From an uncultured Sporosarcina sp. (GTDB lineage: Bacteria; Bacillota; Bacilli; Bacillales_A; Planococcaceae): DNA of 64,000 nucleotides. Below are positions 9,046 through 18,388 of the stretch, piece by piece (positions within the stretch are counted from its first letter, which is position 1; every line of letters starts with the position of its first letter). The stretch covers positions 86,187-150,186 of the forward strand of contig CAOKMT010000001.1 in the NCBI GenBank assembly GCA_948469885.1, read 5' to 3'. The notes beneath the pieces are model-generated. The model ran no database searches. It had not been told where the DNA came from and worked only from the letters and a program-made list of their open reading frames with translations. A program made the position numbers and the translations under genes.

Positions 9046-10044
9046 TTAAAAAAACAATACAAGCAATTGATAGACAATCGCCGCTAATGCTGCCGAAATC
9101 GGTAGTGTGATAATCCACGTTAAAACAATTCTTTGCGCGATGCCCCAGTTAACGCCACGGACTCGTTGGGCTGTACCGACACCCATAATAGCAGAAGAAA
9201 TAACGTGCGTCGTGCTGACAGGCAGGTGGAGAAGTGTAGCACCGAAAATAATCCCCGCTGAGGATAAATCAGCCGCTGCCCCGTTCACTGGACGAATTTT
9301 CATGATCTTTGTCCCGACGGTTTTAATAATTTTGTAACCGCCGATTGACGTCCCAAGACCCATCGCAGTAGCCGCCGCAATTCGGACCCATAATTGAATA
9401 TCGTCTGTTGTTTGTAGGTTTGCCGCGATAAGTGCCATCGTAATGATCCCCATCGCTTTTTGCGCATCGTTCGTTCCGTGCGTGAATGATTGAAGTGCAG
9501 CTGTCCCAATTTGTAAGTAGCGAATTCGTTTATTCGCTTTGAACAAATTACGTTTTTTTAATATGACCTTGAACAATGTCATCATAAGGAATCCGCCCGC
9601 AAGCGCAATGAAAGGTGAAATGATGAGTGCTTGCAGTATTTTCGAAAAGCCGCCGTAATTCAAAATGCCGAATCCTGCTGCTGAAATGGCAGCGCCGGCA
9701 ATCGAGCCGATTAACGCATGTGAGGAGCTGGAGGGAATTCCGAAATACCATGTGATCAGATTCCAAGCGATCGCCGAAAGAAGTGCTGCTAAGATGACGA
9801 GTGACCCGTTTTCAAGAACGAAAGGGTCGACAATGTCCTTAGAAATGGTTTGCGCGACGCCTGTAAAAGTAAGCGCTCCGATAAAGTTCATGACAGCGGC
9901 CATGTAAACTGCAGTCCGCGGTTTCAACGCCCGTGTAGATACGGAAGTTGCAATTGCGTTCGCTGTATCATGGAAGCCGTTAATAAAGTCAAAAGCTAAT
10001 GCGAAAACGACAACGAGAATTGTCAGGAGAAGTAAAGTATCCAT
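9046..10044 (-). CDS. pit: Inorganic phosphate transporter (PiT family)
   Basis: GFHDTANAIAT, GIPSSSSHALIG, HGTNDAQK, PVSTTH signatures. Confidence 0.93.
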   Translation of the reverse strand: MDTLLLLTILVVVFALAFDFINGFHDTANAIATSVSTRALKPRTAVYMAAVMNFIGALTFTGVAQTISKDIVDPFVLENGSLVILAALLSAIAWNLITWYFGIPSSSSHALIGSIAGAAISAAGFGILNYGGFSKILQALIISPFIALAGGFLMMTLFKVILKKRNLFKANKRIRYLQIGTAALQSFTHGTNDAQKAMGIITMALIAANLQTTDDIQLWVRIAAATAMGLGTSIGGYKIIKTVGTKIMKIRPVNGAAADLSSAGIIFGATLLHLPVSTTHVISSAIMGVGTAQRVRGVNWGIAQRIVLTWIITLPISAALAAIVYQLLVLFF

Positions 10045-10056
10045 AGGGCCCCTCCT

Positions 10057-10677
10057 TTATGCATTACGCATAATAATCGACTCAATTGTATTCGCCACGT
10101 CTTGACAGTAATCGGCGGTCTCTTCAAGTTGTTCATATAAGTCTTTGAATTGAATGATACGAATGGGGTCTTTTTCTTTAATGAAAAGCTGTTTGATAGA
10201 AGTACGGAACACTTCATCACAAATGCGTTCGTACTCTTTCACAAGTACTACGTGATCGCGCATTTCTACGAGTTTTTTTCTGGCAAGTAACTTCATCGCT
10301 TCTACAATTTCATCTGAACTCTTCGTAATATTCTCCATGAAAGTCTGCATATACTCGTCAATTTCAATAAGAGAGAACATTTCCAGATGTGCTAAAAAAT
10401 GCTCAATGCCATCGAGAATGTCATCCATTTTAATGGCCAACTGTAAAATGTCTTCACGTTCAATCGGTGTCATGAAAGATGTATTGAGTTTTGCAATGAG
10501 TTCATGGATAAGTGTGTCGCCTTCAGTTTCGTATTTTTTTACTTTAATACTTACTTCTTTTAAGTCAGTTACTGAAGTTATTTTGAAATCGTTTGTATAA
10601 TGGGCCGCTTCTTGTACATTTTCCGAAATTGCTAACAATGCTGTAAAGAAAGGATCTGGTTTTCGTTGACTAAACAT
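10057..10677 (-). CDS. ykaA: DUF47 / PhoU-like Pit accessory protein
   Basis: E.EGD, F.TPIEREDI, DDILD motifs; directly upstream of pit. Confidence 0.88.
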   Translation of the reverse strand: MFSQRKPDPFFTALLAISENVQEAAHYTNDFKITSVTDLKEVSIKVKKYETEGDTLIHELIAKLNTSFMTPIEREDILQLAIKMDDILDGIEHFLAHLEMFSLIEIDEYMQTFMENITKSSDEIVEAMKLLARKKLVEMRDHVVLVKEYERICDEVFRTSIKQLFIKEKDPIRIIQFKDLYEQLEETADYCQDVANTIESIIMRNA

Positions 10678-10914
10678 TGTTTACCCTCCATCCCAATTAT
10701 AGGGAAATTGATTTTTAACTATCTTATCTTAACAAAAACAACTTCAGAAAAATACATATTTCGACACGATTTTCAGCAGTTTACAAAAACTTTACAAATG
10801 CTTAATGGGCAGGCGGAATATACTTAACAGAATACCCTCTTTGAATGAACTTAAAGCTAGGGAAACGTATTTTTCGGAGGAAGGGGCTTGATGTGCAGGA
10901 GGGAAAAGATATCA

Positions 10915-11200
10915 ATTATGCCTTGGCGTAATTGCGTCCAGATTTTGAATTGCGCTTGCGCAATTAACTCCCCTCTAAATCTGTGACATTCACCGAAGGC
11001 TTGGGTTAACAGGATGTCGGTCACGCAGGCATTGTCAATCGAACAGCGAAGGGTTCGATTTGCCGTATTTCTGTGCTCTTTGCAGAAACTAAGGCACTTT
11101 CCAGGATGCGGCGATCTTAGCCTGAGTTCCTCTAATCAGCAGAGAGTTTGAACACCCTTTAATTTAATGGAGCGGGGGACTTCTGCTGAATCAAGTTAAA
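10915..11200. repeat. Mosaic multi-hairpin intergenic element (MITE/REP-like Bacillales repeat)
   Basis: Nested inverted repeats: AATTGCGC-TT-GCGCAATT, CAGATTT/AAATCTG, AATCGAAC/GTTCGATT, TCAGCAGA/TCTGCTGA; no ORF. Confidence 0.55.
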
Positions 11201-11215
11201 AAACTTTCAGCGAAT

Positions 11216-11241
11216 TGAAACTAATGAGGAAGTTATCCGTA
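11216..11241 (+). promoter_or_regulatory. SigW-type ECF promoter of yuaF-floT
   Basis: TGAAAC-16 bp-CGTA, exact SigW consensus; B. subtilis yuaF-floT is SigW-dependent. Confidence 0.85.
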
Positions 11242-11282
11242 TACATAGACAAGGCAGGAAAAGTGGAAGCGGAGGTGATGAA

Positions 11283-11816
11283 ATGGAACTGTTCGGGATG
11301 CCAATTATGCAAGTCTATTTAGTCGTACTCATTATTGCGGCATTAGCGACTGTATTGTATCTCTTTTTTGGAGATGTCGCTGAAGGGATCGGCGAGGTGA
11401 GCCCGTTATTAGACCCGGCGGTCGTCCTTGCGTTCATCACGTTCACTGCGGCAGTCGGCTATCTTTTAGAGTTCGTCACTGGTTGGAACAGTGTCATGAT
11501 TTTAGTCATTGCACTTGCTTCCGCTTTCGTGTTTGATTTACTTCTTTACTTCTTCGTGTTGGTTCCGCTGAGGTCGGCGGAAGTGTCGCTCGCCTATACG
11601 GATGCGTCGTTGATGGGGCAGGTCGGCAAAGTCATTGTACCTATCCCGGTCGATGGTTACGGTGAAATTGTGATTGAAACAGTCAATGGACTCATTTCAA
11701 AAAGAGCGGCAGGTTATGAAAACAACGCTATCGATTATGGCAAAGAAGTACTTATTATCGAAGTGAAGGAAGGGACATTCATTGTGAAAGAGTATGAACC
11801 TTTTCGCTTCAAGTAA
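11283..11816 (+). CDS. yuaF: NfeD-like membrane protein
   Basis: N-terminal TM helices plus C-terminal OB-like domain (GKVIVPIPVDGYGEI); precedes flotillin. Confidence 0.85.
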   Translation: MELFGMPIMQVYLVVLIIAALATVLYLFFGDVAEGIGEVSPLLDPAVVLAFITFTAAVGYLLEFVTGWNSVMILVIALASAFVFDLLLYFFVLVPLRSAEVSLAYTDASLMGQVGKVIVPIPVDGYGEIVIETVNGLISKRAAGYENNAIDYGKEVLIIEVKEGTFIVKEYEPFRFK

Positions 11817-11843
11817 GGAATAATAATTTAAGGGGGAATTCAC

Positions 11844-13403
11844 ATGCCAGGACTTTGGATTGTTATCGGACTCGTCGTTTTTATTTTATTGGCGGTTGTA
11901 CTTGTCTATATTTCCAAATATAAGACAGTCGGTCCGGACGAAGCGCTTATTGTGACAGGTAGTTATTTAGGTTCTAAAAACGTACATACCGACGATTCCG
12001 GAAATCGCATCAAGATTATCCGTGGGGGAGGTACGTTTGTATTTCCAGTATTCCAACAAGCAGAACCACTTAGCTTGCTCTCAAGCAAGCTTGAAGTGAC
12101 GACGCCTGAAGTGTATACGGAGCAAGGTGTGCCCGTCATGGCAGACGGTACGGCTATTATTAAAATCGGTGGTTCTATTACAGAAATCGCCACAGCTGCT
12201 GAGCAATTTTTAGGAAAGTCGAAAGAAGATCGGGAAAATGAAGCGAAAGAAGTGTTGGAAGGTCATCTACGCTCAATTTTAGGCTCGATGACTGTGGAAG
12301 AGATCTATAAAAACCGTGACAAGTTTTCACAGGAAGTTCAACGTGTCGCTTCCCAAGATCTTGCGAAAATGGGACTCATCATCGTTTCATTTACAATCAA
12401 AGATGTCCGTGACAAGAACGGTTATCTCGATTCGCTCGGAAAACCACGTATTGCACAAGTAAAACGTGATGCGGACATCGCTACGGTAGAAGCGGAAAAA
12501 GAAACACGGATTAAAAATGCCGAAGCTTCCAAAGATGCGCAAAGAGCGGAACTTGAACGAGCGACGGAAATTGCCGAAGCAGAAAAAGAAAATCAATTGA
12601 AAGTTGCGGAATATCGCCTCGAGCAAGACCGGGCCAAAGCCCGAGCGGACCAAGCGTACGAGTTGGAATCCGCACGCTCCAAGCAAGAAGTTATGGAGCA
12701 AGAAATGCAGATCCAAATTATCGAACGTGAGAAGCAAATTGAACTTGAAGAAAAAGAGATTTTACGTCGTGAAAGACAGTACGATTCGGAAGTGAAGAAA
12801 AAGGCGGATGCGGATCGTTATTCCGTCGAGCAAAGTGCTGCTGCCGACAAGTCAAGACAGCTTGCTGAAGCAGATGCGGAAAAATATCGCATTGAAGCAA
12901 GAGCCGCGGCAGATGCAGAAAAAGTACGCCTAGACGGAACGGCGAAAGCGGATTCTTTACGTGCACAAGGTGAGTCGGAAGCGGAAATCATCCGCCTTAA
13001 AGGTCTGGCGGAAGCCGAAGCGAAGCGGAAAATTGCGGAAGCCTTCGAACAATACGGTCAAGCGGCGATGCTTGATATGGTTATTAAGATGGTACCTGAA
13101 TATGCGAAAGAAATTGCAAGTCCATTATCGAATATCGATAAAATTACAGTTGTCGATACAGGTGGCGGCGAAGGCGGAGGCGCTAACAAGGTGACGTCCT
13201 ATGCAACAGACTTGATGTCATCCCTCCAAGAGACACTGAAAGCAACGTCCGGCATAGACGTTAAAGAAATGCTAGAAAATTACTCGGGAAAAGGAAATAT
13301 CCGACCGAGCCTCGATCAGTTGACGAATGAAGTGAAAGCGGCAAAAGGCAATCAGCATGCAGCCCCAGCCGAGGTGTCAGCTGACAAAGAAGACGAAGAA
13401 TAA
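11844..13403 (+). CDS. floT: Flotillin (SPFH domain + AE-rich coiled coil)
   Basis: GPDEALIVTG, IRGGGTFVFP, LEGHLRSILG, LSNIDKITVVD. Confidence 0.93.
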   Translation: MPGLWIVIGLVVFILLAVVLVYISKYKTVGPDEALIVTGSYLGSKNVHTDDSGNRIKIIRGGGTFVFPVFQQAEPLSLLSSKLEVTTPEVYTEQGVPVMADGTAIIKIGGSITEIATAAEQFLGKSKEDRENEAKEVLEGHLRSILGSMTVEEIYKNRDKFSQEVQRVASQDLAKMGLIIVSFTIKDVRDKNGYLDSLGKPRIAQVKRDADIATVEAEKETRIKNAEASKDAQRAELERATEIAEAEKENQLKVAEYRLEQDRAKARADQAYELESARSKQEVMEQEMQIQIIEREKQIELEEKEILRRERQYDSEVKKKADADRYSVEQSAAADKSRQLAEADAEKYRIEARAAADAEKVRLDGTAKADSLRAQGESEAEIIRLKGLAEAEAKRKIAEAFEQYGQAAMLDMVIKMVPEYAKEIASPLSNIDKITVVDTGGGEGGGANKVTSYATDLMSSLQETLKATSGIDVKEMLENYSGKGNIRPSLDQLTNEVKAAKGNQHAAPAEVSADKEDEE

Positions 13404-13406
13404 AAG

Positions 13407-13450
13407 ACAGGATGGAGAACATGTTGAATGTTCTCCATCCTGTTTTTTTT
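13407..13450 (+). terminator. Terminator after floT
   Basis: ACAGGATGGAGAACAT / ATGTTCTCCATCCTGT + T8. Confidence 0.88.
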
Positions 13451-13486
13451 ACGTAGAGCCGCCGGAGGAGGGAAAGAGAGTGCCTT

Positions 13487-13610
13487 CGCGCCTAAAGTAG
13501 GTCATCTCGCGCCTAATATAGTACGCTCCCGCGCCCAAAATCTCCACATCCGCGCCTAAAGAGTACGCACACGCGCCCAAAGTCCCCATATCCGCACACA
13601 AAGAGCCTGC
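13487..13610. repeat. Tandem array, 6 units of 21-22 bp, core CGCGCCYAAA
   Basis: Cores at 13487, 13508, 13530, 13551, 13572, 13593 (last degenerate). Confidence 0.85.
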
Positions 13611-13724
13611 CCTCACCCTCACATTCCTCTAACAATCTTAAGAAATTCTTCATTTTTATCGTATCTCTCCCTTAAGAATCTATATCTATAATTAAAATGA
13701 ATCACAACCACCAGGGGGAGAAAA

Positions 13725-14423
13725 ATGATTAGCGTAGAAGATTTGAACCATTCATTTAAAATCGGAAAAAAAGGTAAGGAGAAACGAGTGCCTGTGTTAA
13801 AAAGGGTGACGTTCAACGTCCAGGACGGTGAAATCGTGTCGATTGTCGGAAAAAGTGGATCAGGGAAATCGACGCTCTTACATATAATGGCAGGGTTTAT
13901 GCATGCCGATAGTGGGGTTATCCGAGTGAACGGGGTAGAGACCTCTTCGTTCAATGAAGCGGAAAATGCAAAATTCAGATTGGATAATTTCGGGTTTATC
14001 TTTCAAAACTTCCAATTGATGCCGGGATTGACGGCCTTTGAAAACGTTGAACTGCCATTGAAATTGAAAGGTGTCAATCAAACCGAGCGGCAGCAGAAAG
14101 TGCAATCGCTCATGCAACATGTCGGATTGACAAATGTGCAAGACCACTATCCAAACGAATTATCTGGCGGACAACAACAACGGGTCAGCATCGCGCGTGC
14201 GCTCATTACGGACCCGCCCGTCATTTTCGCGGATGAACCGACAGGTAGTTTGGATTCGGAAACGGAACAAGATGTCTTGCTACTTATCCAATCTTTGAAT
14301 AAAGCAAGAAACATCACTTTTGTCATCATTACCCATGACGACGAAGTTGCACGGACGGCGGATAGAGTATATACGATGCGTGACGGAGAACTTTCCGAAG
14401 GTGGGATGCACGATGCAGTTTAA
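13725..14423 (+). CDS. ABC ATPase (MacB/LolD type)
   Basis: GKSGSGKST, GFIFQNFQL, LSGGQQQRV, ADEPTG, ITHD. Confidence 0.92.
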   Translation: MISVEDLNHSFKIGKKGKEKRVPVLKRVTFNVQDGEIVSIVGKSGSGKSTLLHIMAGFMHADSGVIRVNGVETSSFNEAENAKFRLDNFGFIFQNFQLMPGLTAFENVELPLKLKGVNQTERQQKVQSLMQHVGLTNVQDHYPNELSGGQQQRVSIARALITDPPVIFADEPTGSLDSETEQDVLLLIQSLNKARNITFVIITHDDEVARTADRVYTMRDGELSEGGMHDAV

Positions 14424-15705
14424 AGATCAAGTCGGTTTTATCAGACAGCATATAAAGAAAAACAAATTACGCGTTTTTATGACGGTGCTTGCTGCGACGA
14501 TGGGAACGGCTTTTCTCATTGTGCTTGCGTCAGTGGGATTTGGTATCCACGAAACGATTCGTGACCAAATGCTTTCCAATCGGCTCGTGACGGAAGTTCA
14601 AGTGCATCAAAGTGAGGAGTCGGGCGATCCAGGTGAACATGTTGAAGAGATAAAGAAGTTGGCACATGTGAAAGCTGTTGTGGATCGACAGCAATTAGGA
14701 ACAAATCAAATGTCCTTATTCGGTGAATTCGAAGGGAATCATGTACTTGTCGTGACGGATTTCAAGGAAGAAGGAAAAGTCGGCTTTGCATTGAAAGAAG
14801 GGCGATTACCACAAAACGCGAACGAAGTCGTTGTCGGAAGTCATTTTACCGATTATTTATATAGTGAAGAGGAAACAGAGTCGGGGGATTTTAAAACGTA
14901 CGAAGGTGACCTGATTGGTGAGCAGTTTACATACCGGATTGATGACGTTGAAGGGGAGTTTGTAGAAGAAGAACTAACCCTGACAATTGTTGGGATCGGT
15001 GAGAATCCTTCAAGGGAATGGGTCTCTGACCGGAATATTTATGCGCATGATGCGATCATTCCTGAACTTGAACGCATCCATTATAGCGATCATGTAACCG
15101 GAAGTGATGACCATCCAGATGCATCGCAACTTTTCTATCATGACGTCGCCGTTTACGTCGATAAATTGGAAAATGTGAAAATGGTTTCTAATGCGCTTAG
15201 AGACAAACAGTACTATGTGTTTTCCATTGCGGATGAATTGGAACAGATCGATGTCTTTTTCCTGGCCCTCAAGGCGGGTCTCGTTTTCGTCGGCACGATT
15301 GCCATTTTGATCGCTTCGATCGGAATTTTCAATACGATGACGATGGCAGTAACGGAGCGGACGCGTGAAATCGGCGTCATGAAAGCGATCGGGGCGGACC
15401 CTAAATTGATTCGCCGTCTGTTTCTTATGGAAAGCGCTTGGATTGGGATCATTGGAACAGTGTTGGCCGTTGTTATTTCATACGCGGTGAGTGCTGTCTC
15501 AAATTATTTGTTGCCCATTATCGTCTCAGCAGCACTCGGCGAAGAAGATTTCAGTGAACTGAATGTTACATTTTCGGTTATCCCGTGGCAGCTCGTCCTC
15601 ATTGCCTCTGCAATCAGCATTAGTGTAGCTATGATTTCAGGGTGGCGTCCAGCTCGTAAAGCGACAAAAATTGATGTGATTAATGCACTAAGACAGGAAC
15701 TATAA
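14413..15705 (+). CDS. ABC permease (MacB/FtsX type)
   Basis: TM1 + large external domain + ERTREIGVMKAIGA, PARKA. Confidence 0.9.
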   Translation: MQFKDQVGFIRQHIKKNKLRVFMTVLAATMGTAFLIVLASVGFGIHETIRDQMLSNRLVTEVQVHQSEESGDPGEHVEEIKKLAHVKAVVDRQQLGTNQMSLFGEFEGNHVLVVTDFKEEGKVGFALKEGRLPQNANEVVVGSHFTDYLYSEEETESGDFKTYEGDLIGEQFTYRIDDVEGEFVEEELTLTIVGIGENPSREWVSDRNIYAHDAIIPELERIHYSDHVTGSDDHPDASQLFYHDVAVYVDKLENVKMVSNALRDKQYYVFSIADELEQIDVFFLALKAGLVFVGTIAILIASIGIFNTMTMAVTERTREIGVMKAIGADPKLIRRLFLMESAWIGIIGTVLAVVISYAVSAVSNYLLPIIVSAALGEEDFSELNVTFSVIPWQLVLIASAISISVAMISGWRPARKATKIDVINALRQEL

Positions 15706-15734
15706 GCGTTTAAAATGATTGAATACTATTAGAT

Positions 15735-15767
15735 GGTATGGGTTCAGTATATAACTGAGCTCATACC
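15735..15767 (+). terminator. Hairpin/terminator after ABC permease
   Basis: GGTATGGGTTCAG / CTGAGCTCATACC. Confidence 0.55.
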
Positions 15768-15804
15768 CTATTTGTATTATGTGGAGCAGTTAATAGACAA
15801 ACGA

Positions 15805-15853
15805 TAGACTTAAAGTGCACAGGTAAGCTATAATTTTTTAGAAAACGCTTTCC
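15805..15853 (+). promoter_or_regulatory. Promoter of lacI-family gene with downstream cre/LacI-like site
   Basis: TAGACT-18 bp-TATAAT, then AGAAAACGCTTTCC at 15840. Confidence 0.5.
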
Positions 15854-15916
15854 CTTGTATATTAGCAAGAAATGAATTATTTCAATAAAAAAGTTCAAAA
15901 AGTAAGGAGAGAAAAA

Positions 15917-16936
15917 ATGAAGGTAACAATATATGATGTAGCGAAAGAAGCGAAAGTTTCAATTGCGACAGTCTCTAAAGTACTAAACCAAACTGGACGA
16001 ATCAGTGATAAAACTAAAAGAAAAGTTCTTAAAGTTATAGAGGAACTAGATTATCGACCGAATATGATGGCATCGGCACTAATGGGGAAACAAACAAAAA
16101 CAATTGGGTTGCTCATACCGGATTTAGCAAATCCGTTTTTTTCAGAACTGGCACGAAGTATTGAAGATCGAGGTCAAGAGCTTGGGTACAATCTTGTTAT
16201 GTGTAGTACAGATTATAAAATGGAAAAGGAAAATAAATACCTTACGCTGCTAAAACAGAAGAATGTAGATGGCTTTATTTTAGCATCAGGATTTGAAAAT
16301 TTAGACAAAGTAGAAGAATTGATAAAACAAGATATACCGGTAGCCATTGTAGCACGCGATTTTCCGATGTTTCCTGTGAATGCAGTAGCACTTGACGATT
16401 TCATGGGAGGCTATCAAGCAGCCTCTTACTTGATTAATCTCGGCCATAAAAAAATCGGTGTCATTGCCAGAAATGTTTGGAGTAATCGGGAGCGACTTCG
16501 AGGTTTTAAGCAAGCTTTGAAGGAAAATAAATTAGAGTTCTCCACTGATTTTGAATTTATTGAAGGGAGCAGTGTAGAGGAAGGAAAGTCAATGGCACAT
16601 AAGTATTTAAGTGGAAGTAATGTACCTTCGGCTATATTTGCATGCAATGACCTTTTGGCGGCAGGAGCGATACAAGCCGCGAAAGAAAACGGGCTAAATG
16701 TACCTGAACAATTGTCGGTTATTGGGTTTGATAACACGATTATCGCTAGAATTGTTGAACCTCCTTTGACGACCATTGCTCAGCCGATTCAAAATATGGG
16801 AGAACAAGTAATGGATTTGATAGTCTCTCTGATTGAAGGAGACCAGAAAGAGAAAATCCGCTTAACCTTACTACCAACCATTGTAGAGAGGGGATCCACT
16901 TTTAAATATGACAATTGTGGAGTAAACGAGAGATAA
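15917..16936 (+). CDS. LacI-family transcriptional regulator
   Basis: TIYDVAKEAKVSIATVS HTH, YRPN..A..L hinge, SVIGFDN, PLTTIAQP. Confidence 0.93.
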   Translation: MKVTIYDVAKEAKVSIATVSKVLNQTGRISDKTKRKVLKVIEELDYRPNMMASALMGKQTKTIGLLIPDLANPFFSELARSIEDRGQELGYNLVMCSTDYKMEKENKYLTLLKQKNVDGFILASGFENLDKVEELIKQDIPVAIVARDFPMFPVNAVALDDFMGGYQAASYLINLGHKKIGVIARNVWSNRERLRGFKQALKENKLEFSTDFEFIEGSSVEEGKSMAHKYLSGSNVPSAIFACNDLLAAGAIQAAKENGLNVPEQLSVIGFDNTIIARIVEPPLTTIAQPIQNMGEQVMDLIVSLIEGDQKEKIRLTLLPTIVERGSTFKYDNCGVNER

Positions 16937-16952
16937 TTTTTTAATTATAATG

Positions 16953-16981
16953 TTGACTTTTTAGACAATTTTAAATACAAT
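16953..16981 (+). promoter_or_regulatory. SigA promoter of catabolic operon
   Basis: TTGACT-17 bp-TACAAT. Confidence 0.65.
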
Positions 16982-17036
16982 TTAAATTATTCATTCTAAA
17001 TAGTAAAAATAGAGCTTTTATATTTTTTTGTTTTTA

Positions 17037-17052
17037 GGTAAAGCGCTTAACC
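17037..17052. promoter_or_regulatory. Putative LacI-family operator 1
   Basis: GGTAAAGCGCTTAACC, CG-centred near-palindrome repeated at 18345 and 23617. Confidence 0.7.
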
Positions 17053-17116
17053 CCTTTGGCTGGTGATAAGTTATCTTAAAACGGATTGTGGATTGAAGTT
17101 GAGAGGATGCTAGAAA

Positions 17117-18322
17117 ATGAAGGGAAACTGTTTAATAGTCCAATCAGGTGGTCCAACTGCCGTCATTAATAATTCTATGGTTGGCATAATAGATGAACGA
17201 ATGCAGTCGACATTTGAAGGAAGTATTTATGGTGCGGCAGGAGGGATTCATGGGTTATTGAATGAATCGTTTATTTTACTGAATCATTTATCTGCACAAG
17301 ATAAATATCGGTTACGCTGGACACCTGGAGCGGCGTTAGGGACATGGCGTTACAAATTAACTTCCGCCGATTTTGGCGCTATCATCCATACATTACAAAA
17401 AAATGATATTCGTTACCTTTTCTATATTGGGGGAAACGGGTCTATGAAGGTAGCCAAGACAATTGATGAATTTGCGAAGCGTGCAGGCTATGAATTGTTT
17501 GTAATCGGTATACCAAAGACGATAGATAATGATTTGCTCGGTACGGATCATTCGCCAGGCTATGGTAGTGCAGCAAAGTTTTTGGCTACTTCCGTACTTG
17601 ACGTGAAAATGGATATGGCAAGTTATACGGAAAGTAATCGAGTGACAATTGTCGAAACAATGGGAAGACATACAGGTTGGCTCGCAGGTGCTTGTTCATT
17701 GGCAGAGGGTCCTGTTGAAGATGATAGTCAAGTTCTTATTTATATACCCGAAATTCCTTTCGATTTACAAGATTGCTTGAATAAAGTTGTCAATGCTTTT
17801 CAGGAGAAAAGAAACACTGTATTAGTTGTCTCAGAAGGGATACGGAAGTTAGACGGCCAATTGCTAGATCATAAAGAATTAGCGTTTGATATATTAGGAA
17901 GGCCGAGACTTGGCGGTATTTCTGCTCTTTTAAAGGGAAAAATTGAGGAGAATACAGGTATTTCTACGCGTTCTATCGATTCCAGCATCTGGCAGCGGAG
18001 CAGTATTGTACTTGCTTCAAAGACGGATATAAATGAGGCTTATAAAACTGGTAAAATTGCTTGGCAATATGCTGTGGCAGGCTATACAGGGGTAATGGTT
18101 GGTATGAAAAGGAATGCGAGCTCGGAGAACTATCAAATTACTTATGAAGCGGTTCCACTTAAAGAAGTAGCTGGTAGAGAACGTTATGTACCTAAGGAAT
18201 GGTACGATTGTCAAGAAAATACTATGACGAAAGCGTTCAAGCAGTATGTTCTTCCACTTATCCAAGGAGAGATGTTAATCCCGATGGAAAATGGATTGCC
18301 GGTATATAAAAGAGTTATATAA
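17117..18322 (+). CDS. PfkA-superfamily kinase (PPi-PFK-like clade, atypical GGNGS motif)
   Basis: QSGGPTAVIN, GGNGS, PKTIDNDL, PGYGSAAK, ETMGRHTGWL. Confidence 0.85.
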   Translation: MKGNCLIVQSGGPTAVINNSMVGIIDERMQSTFEGSIYGAAGGIHGLLNESFILLNHLSAQDKYRLRWTPGAALGTWRYKLTSADFGAIIHTLQKNDIRYLFYIGGNGSMKVAKTIDEFAKRAGYELFVIGIPKTIDNDLLGTDHSPGYGSAAKFLATSVLDVKMDMASYTESNRVTIVETMGRHTGWLAGACSLAEGPVEDDSQVLIYIPEIPFDLQDCLNKVVNAFQEKRNTVLVVSEGIRKLDGQLLDHKELAFDILGRPRLGGISALLKGKIEENTGISTRSIDSSIWQRSSIVLASKTDINEAYKTGKIAWQYAVAGYTGVMVGMKRNASSENYQITYEAVPLKEVAGRERYVPKEWYDCQENTMTKAFKQYVLPLIQGEMLIPMENGLPVYKRVI

Positions 18323-18344
18323 AAAAATATTTTTTTAATTGAAA

Positions 18345-18360
18345 AGGTAAGCGCTTTATC
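18345..18360. promoter_or_regulatory. Putative LacI-family operator 2
   Basis: AGGTAAGCGCTTTATC in pfk-dehydrogenase gap. Confidence 0.6.
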
Positions 18361-18388
18361 AAAATTAAAAAGAAAAGGGTGAGAGAAG

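Noticed and set aside
13487-13610. CRISPR array
   Set aside because: Core is only ~10 bp, linkers are 11-12 bp and related to each other, and no cas genes are in the window
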